The notes beneath the pieces are model-generated. The model had not been told where the DNA came from, searched no databases, and was given only the letters and a program-made list of their open reading frames with translations. Shown here piece after piece: positions 13,267 to 13,571 of a stretch of DNA of 13,571 nucleotides (its first letter is position 1; every line of letters starts with the position of its first letter). Location of the stretch: positions 1 through 13,571 of the forward strand of contig CAZKJG010000022.1 in NCBI GenBank assembly GCA_964553045.1. Reading direction: 5' to 3'. Source of the DNA: an uncultured bacterium. Its GTDB lineage: Bacteria > Fermentibacterota > Fermentibacteria > Fermentibacterales > JCC-6. The translations under genes were made by a program, and so were the position numbers.

Positions 13267-13571
13267 TTGAAGTGTCCCGGCTGCGGCGCCAGGCTGCGGG
13301 AGGTAAACGACGGGGACTACCGCTGCGAATACTGCGACACGGTGTACGCAAGGCGGGAGGTCATACCGGAGGCGGAGCCGGAGAAGGCCGTCCCCACCAG
13401 GGAGGTTATTCGGGAGATACACCACTACCACGACCAGCCCGACAGGCTCTCCTTCGGAATGGGCTGCCTCTCCTTCCTCTTCTTCCCGGTGGGCTGGATC
13501 GTCTGGGCACTGAACAAGGACAGCAAGCCCCGCAAGGCCAGGACCGCCCTGGTGATCGCCATCATCGTCAC
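13267..13571 (+). CDS. Zinc-ribbon membrane protein (partial; continues beyond the window end)
   Basis: TTG at 13267 is preceded by AAGGAGG (13255-13261) with a 5-nt spacer. An alternative in-frame ATG at 13231 has no Shine-Dalgarno. Translation: (M)KCPGCGARLREVNDGDYRCEYCD (a C4 zinc ribbon), a charged linker, then hydrophobic segments 'LSFGMGCLSFLFFPVGWIVWAL' and 'ALVIAIIV'. Reading frame checked by hand. Confidence 0.65.
   Translation, partial: MKCPGCGARLREVNDGDYRCEYCDTVYARREVIPEAEPEKAVPTREVIREIHHYHDQPDRLSFGMGCLSFLFFPVGWIVWALNKDSKPRKARTALVIAIIV

Noticed and set aside
13018-13431. 137-aa minus-strand ORF spanning the divergent intergenic region
   Set aside because: It would run through the promoter region and the starts of two better-supported genes. 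It has no Shine-Dalgarno or motifs.

Overview
The window is GC-rich bacterial chromosomal DNA (roughly two-thirds G+C by eye; not computed). Almost all of it is one long, tightly packed minus-strand gene array. From high to low coordinates the array runs: large polytopic membrane protein, ruvX, mltG, an uncharacterised 172-aa helical protein, an SPFH/Band-7 protein with three C-terminal zinc ribbons, an ANL-family adenylating ligase with an extra C-terminal domain, a stand-alone class I-beta DAHP synthase, a short 6-phosphofructokinase with the PPi-type signature, GAPDH, and an in-frame phosphoglycerate kinase::triosephosphate isomerase fusion. Several junctions are overlaps or near-abutments (GTGA, ATGA, TGATG, TAG-TTG) with Shine-Dalgarno motifs of the AGGAGG type, and several starts are GTG or TTG.

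The array is flanked by two plus-strand genes. At the 5' end a convergent gene encodes a spermidine-synthase-fold domain with degenerate active-site residues, fused to a C-terminal 7-TM domain; a GC-rich hairpin sits between the convergent gene ends. At the 3' end a divergent, partial gene encodes a zinc-ribbon membrane protein.

There are no rRNA, tRNA, CRISPR, transposase or integrase signatures. The long plus-strand ORFs antisense to the array look like the usual stop-codon-poor artefacts of high-GC DNA.

The least ordinary parts are:
- the SPFH-3xZn-ribbon gene with its 172-aa partner, inserted between cell-wall and glycolysis genes;
- the ANL ligase with a possible chorismate-mutase-like C-terminal extension, sitting beside a bare DAHP synthase;
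- the Pgk::Tpi fusion, made here without a frameshift;
- the reversed-architecture SpeE-like membrane fusion.

All functional calls come from motif recognition by eye. No database search was possible.
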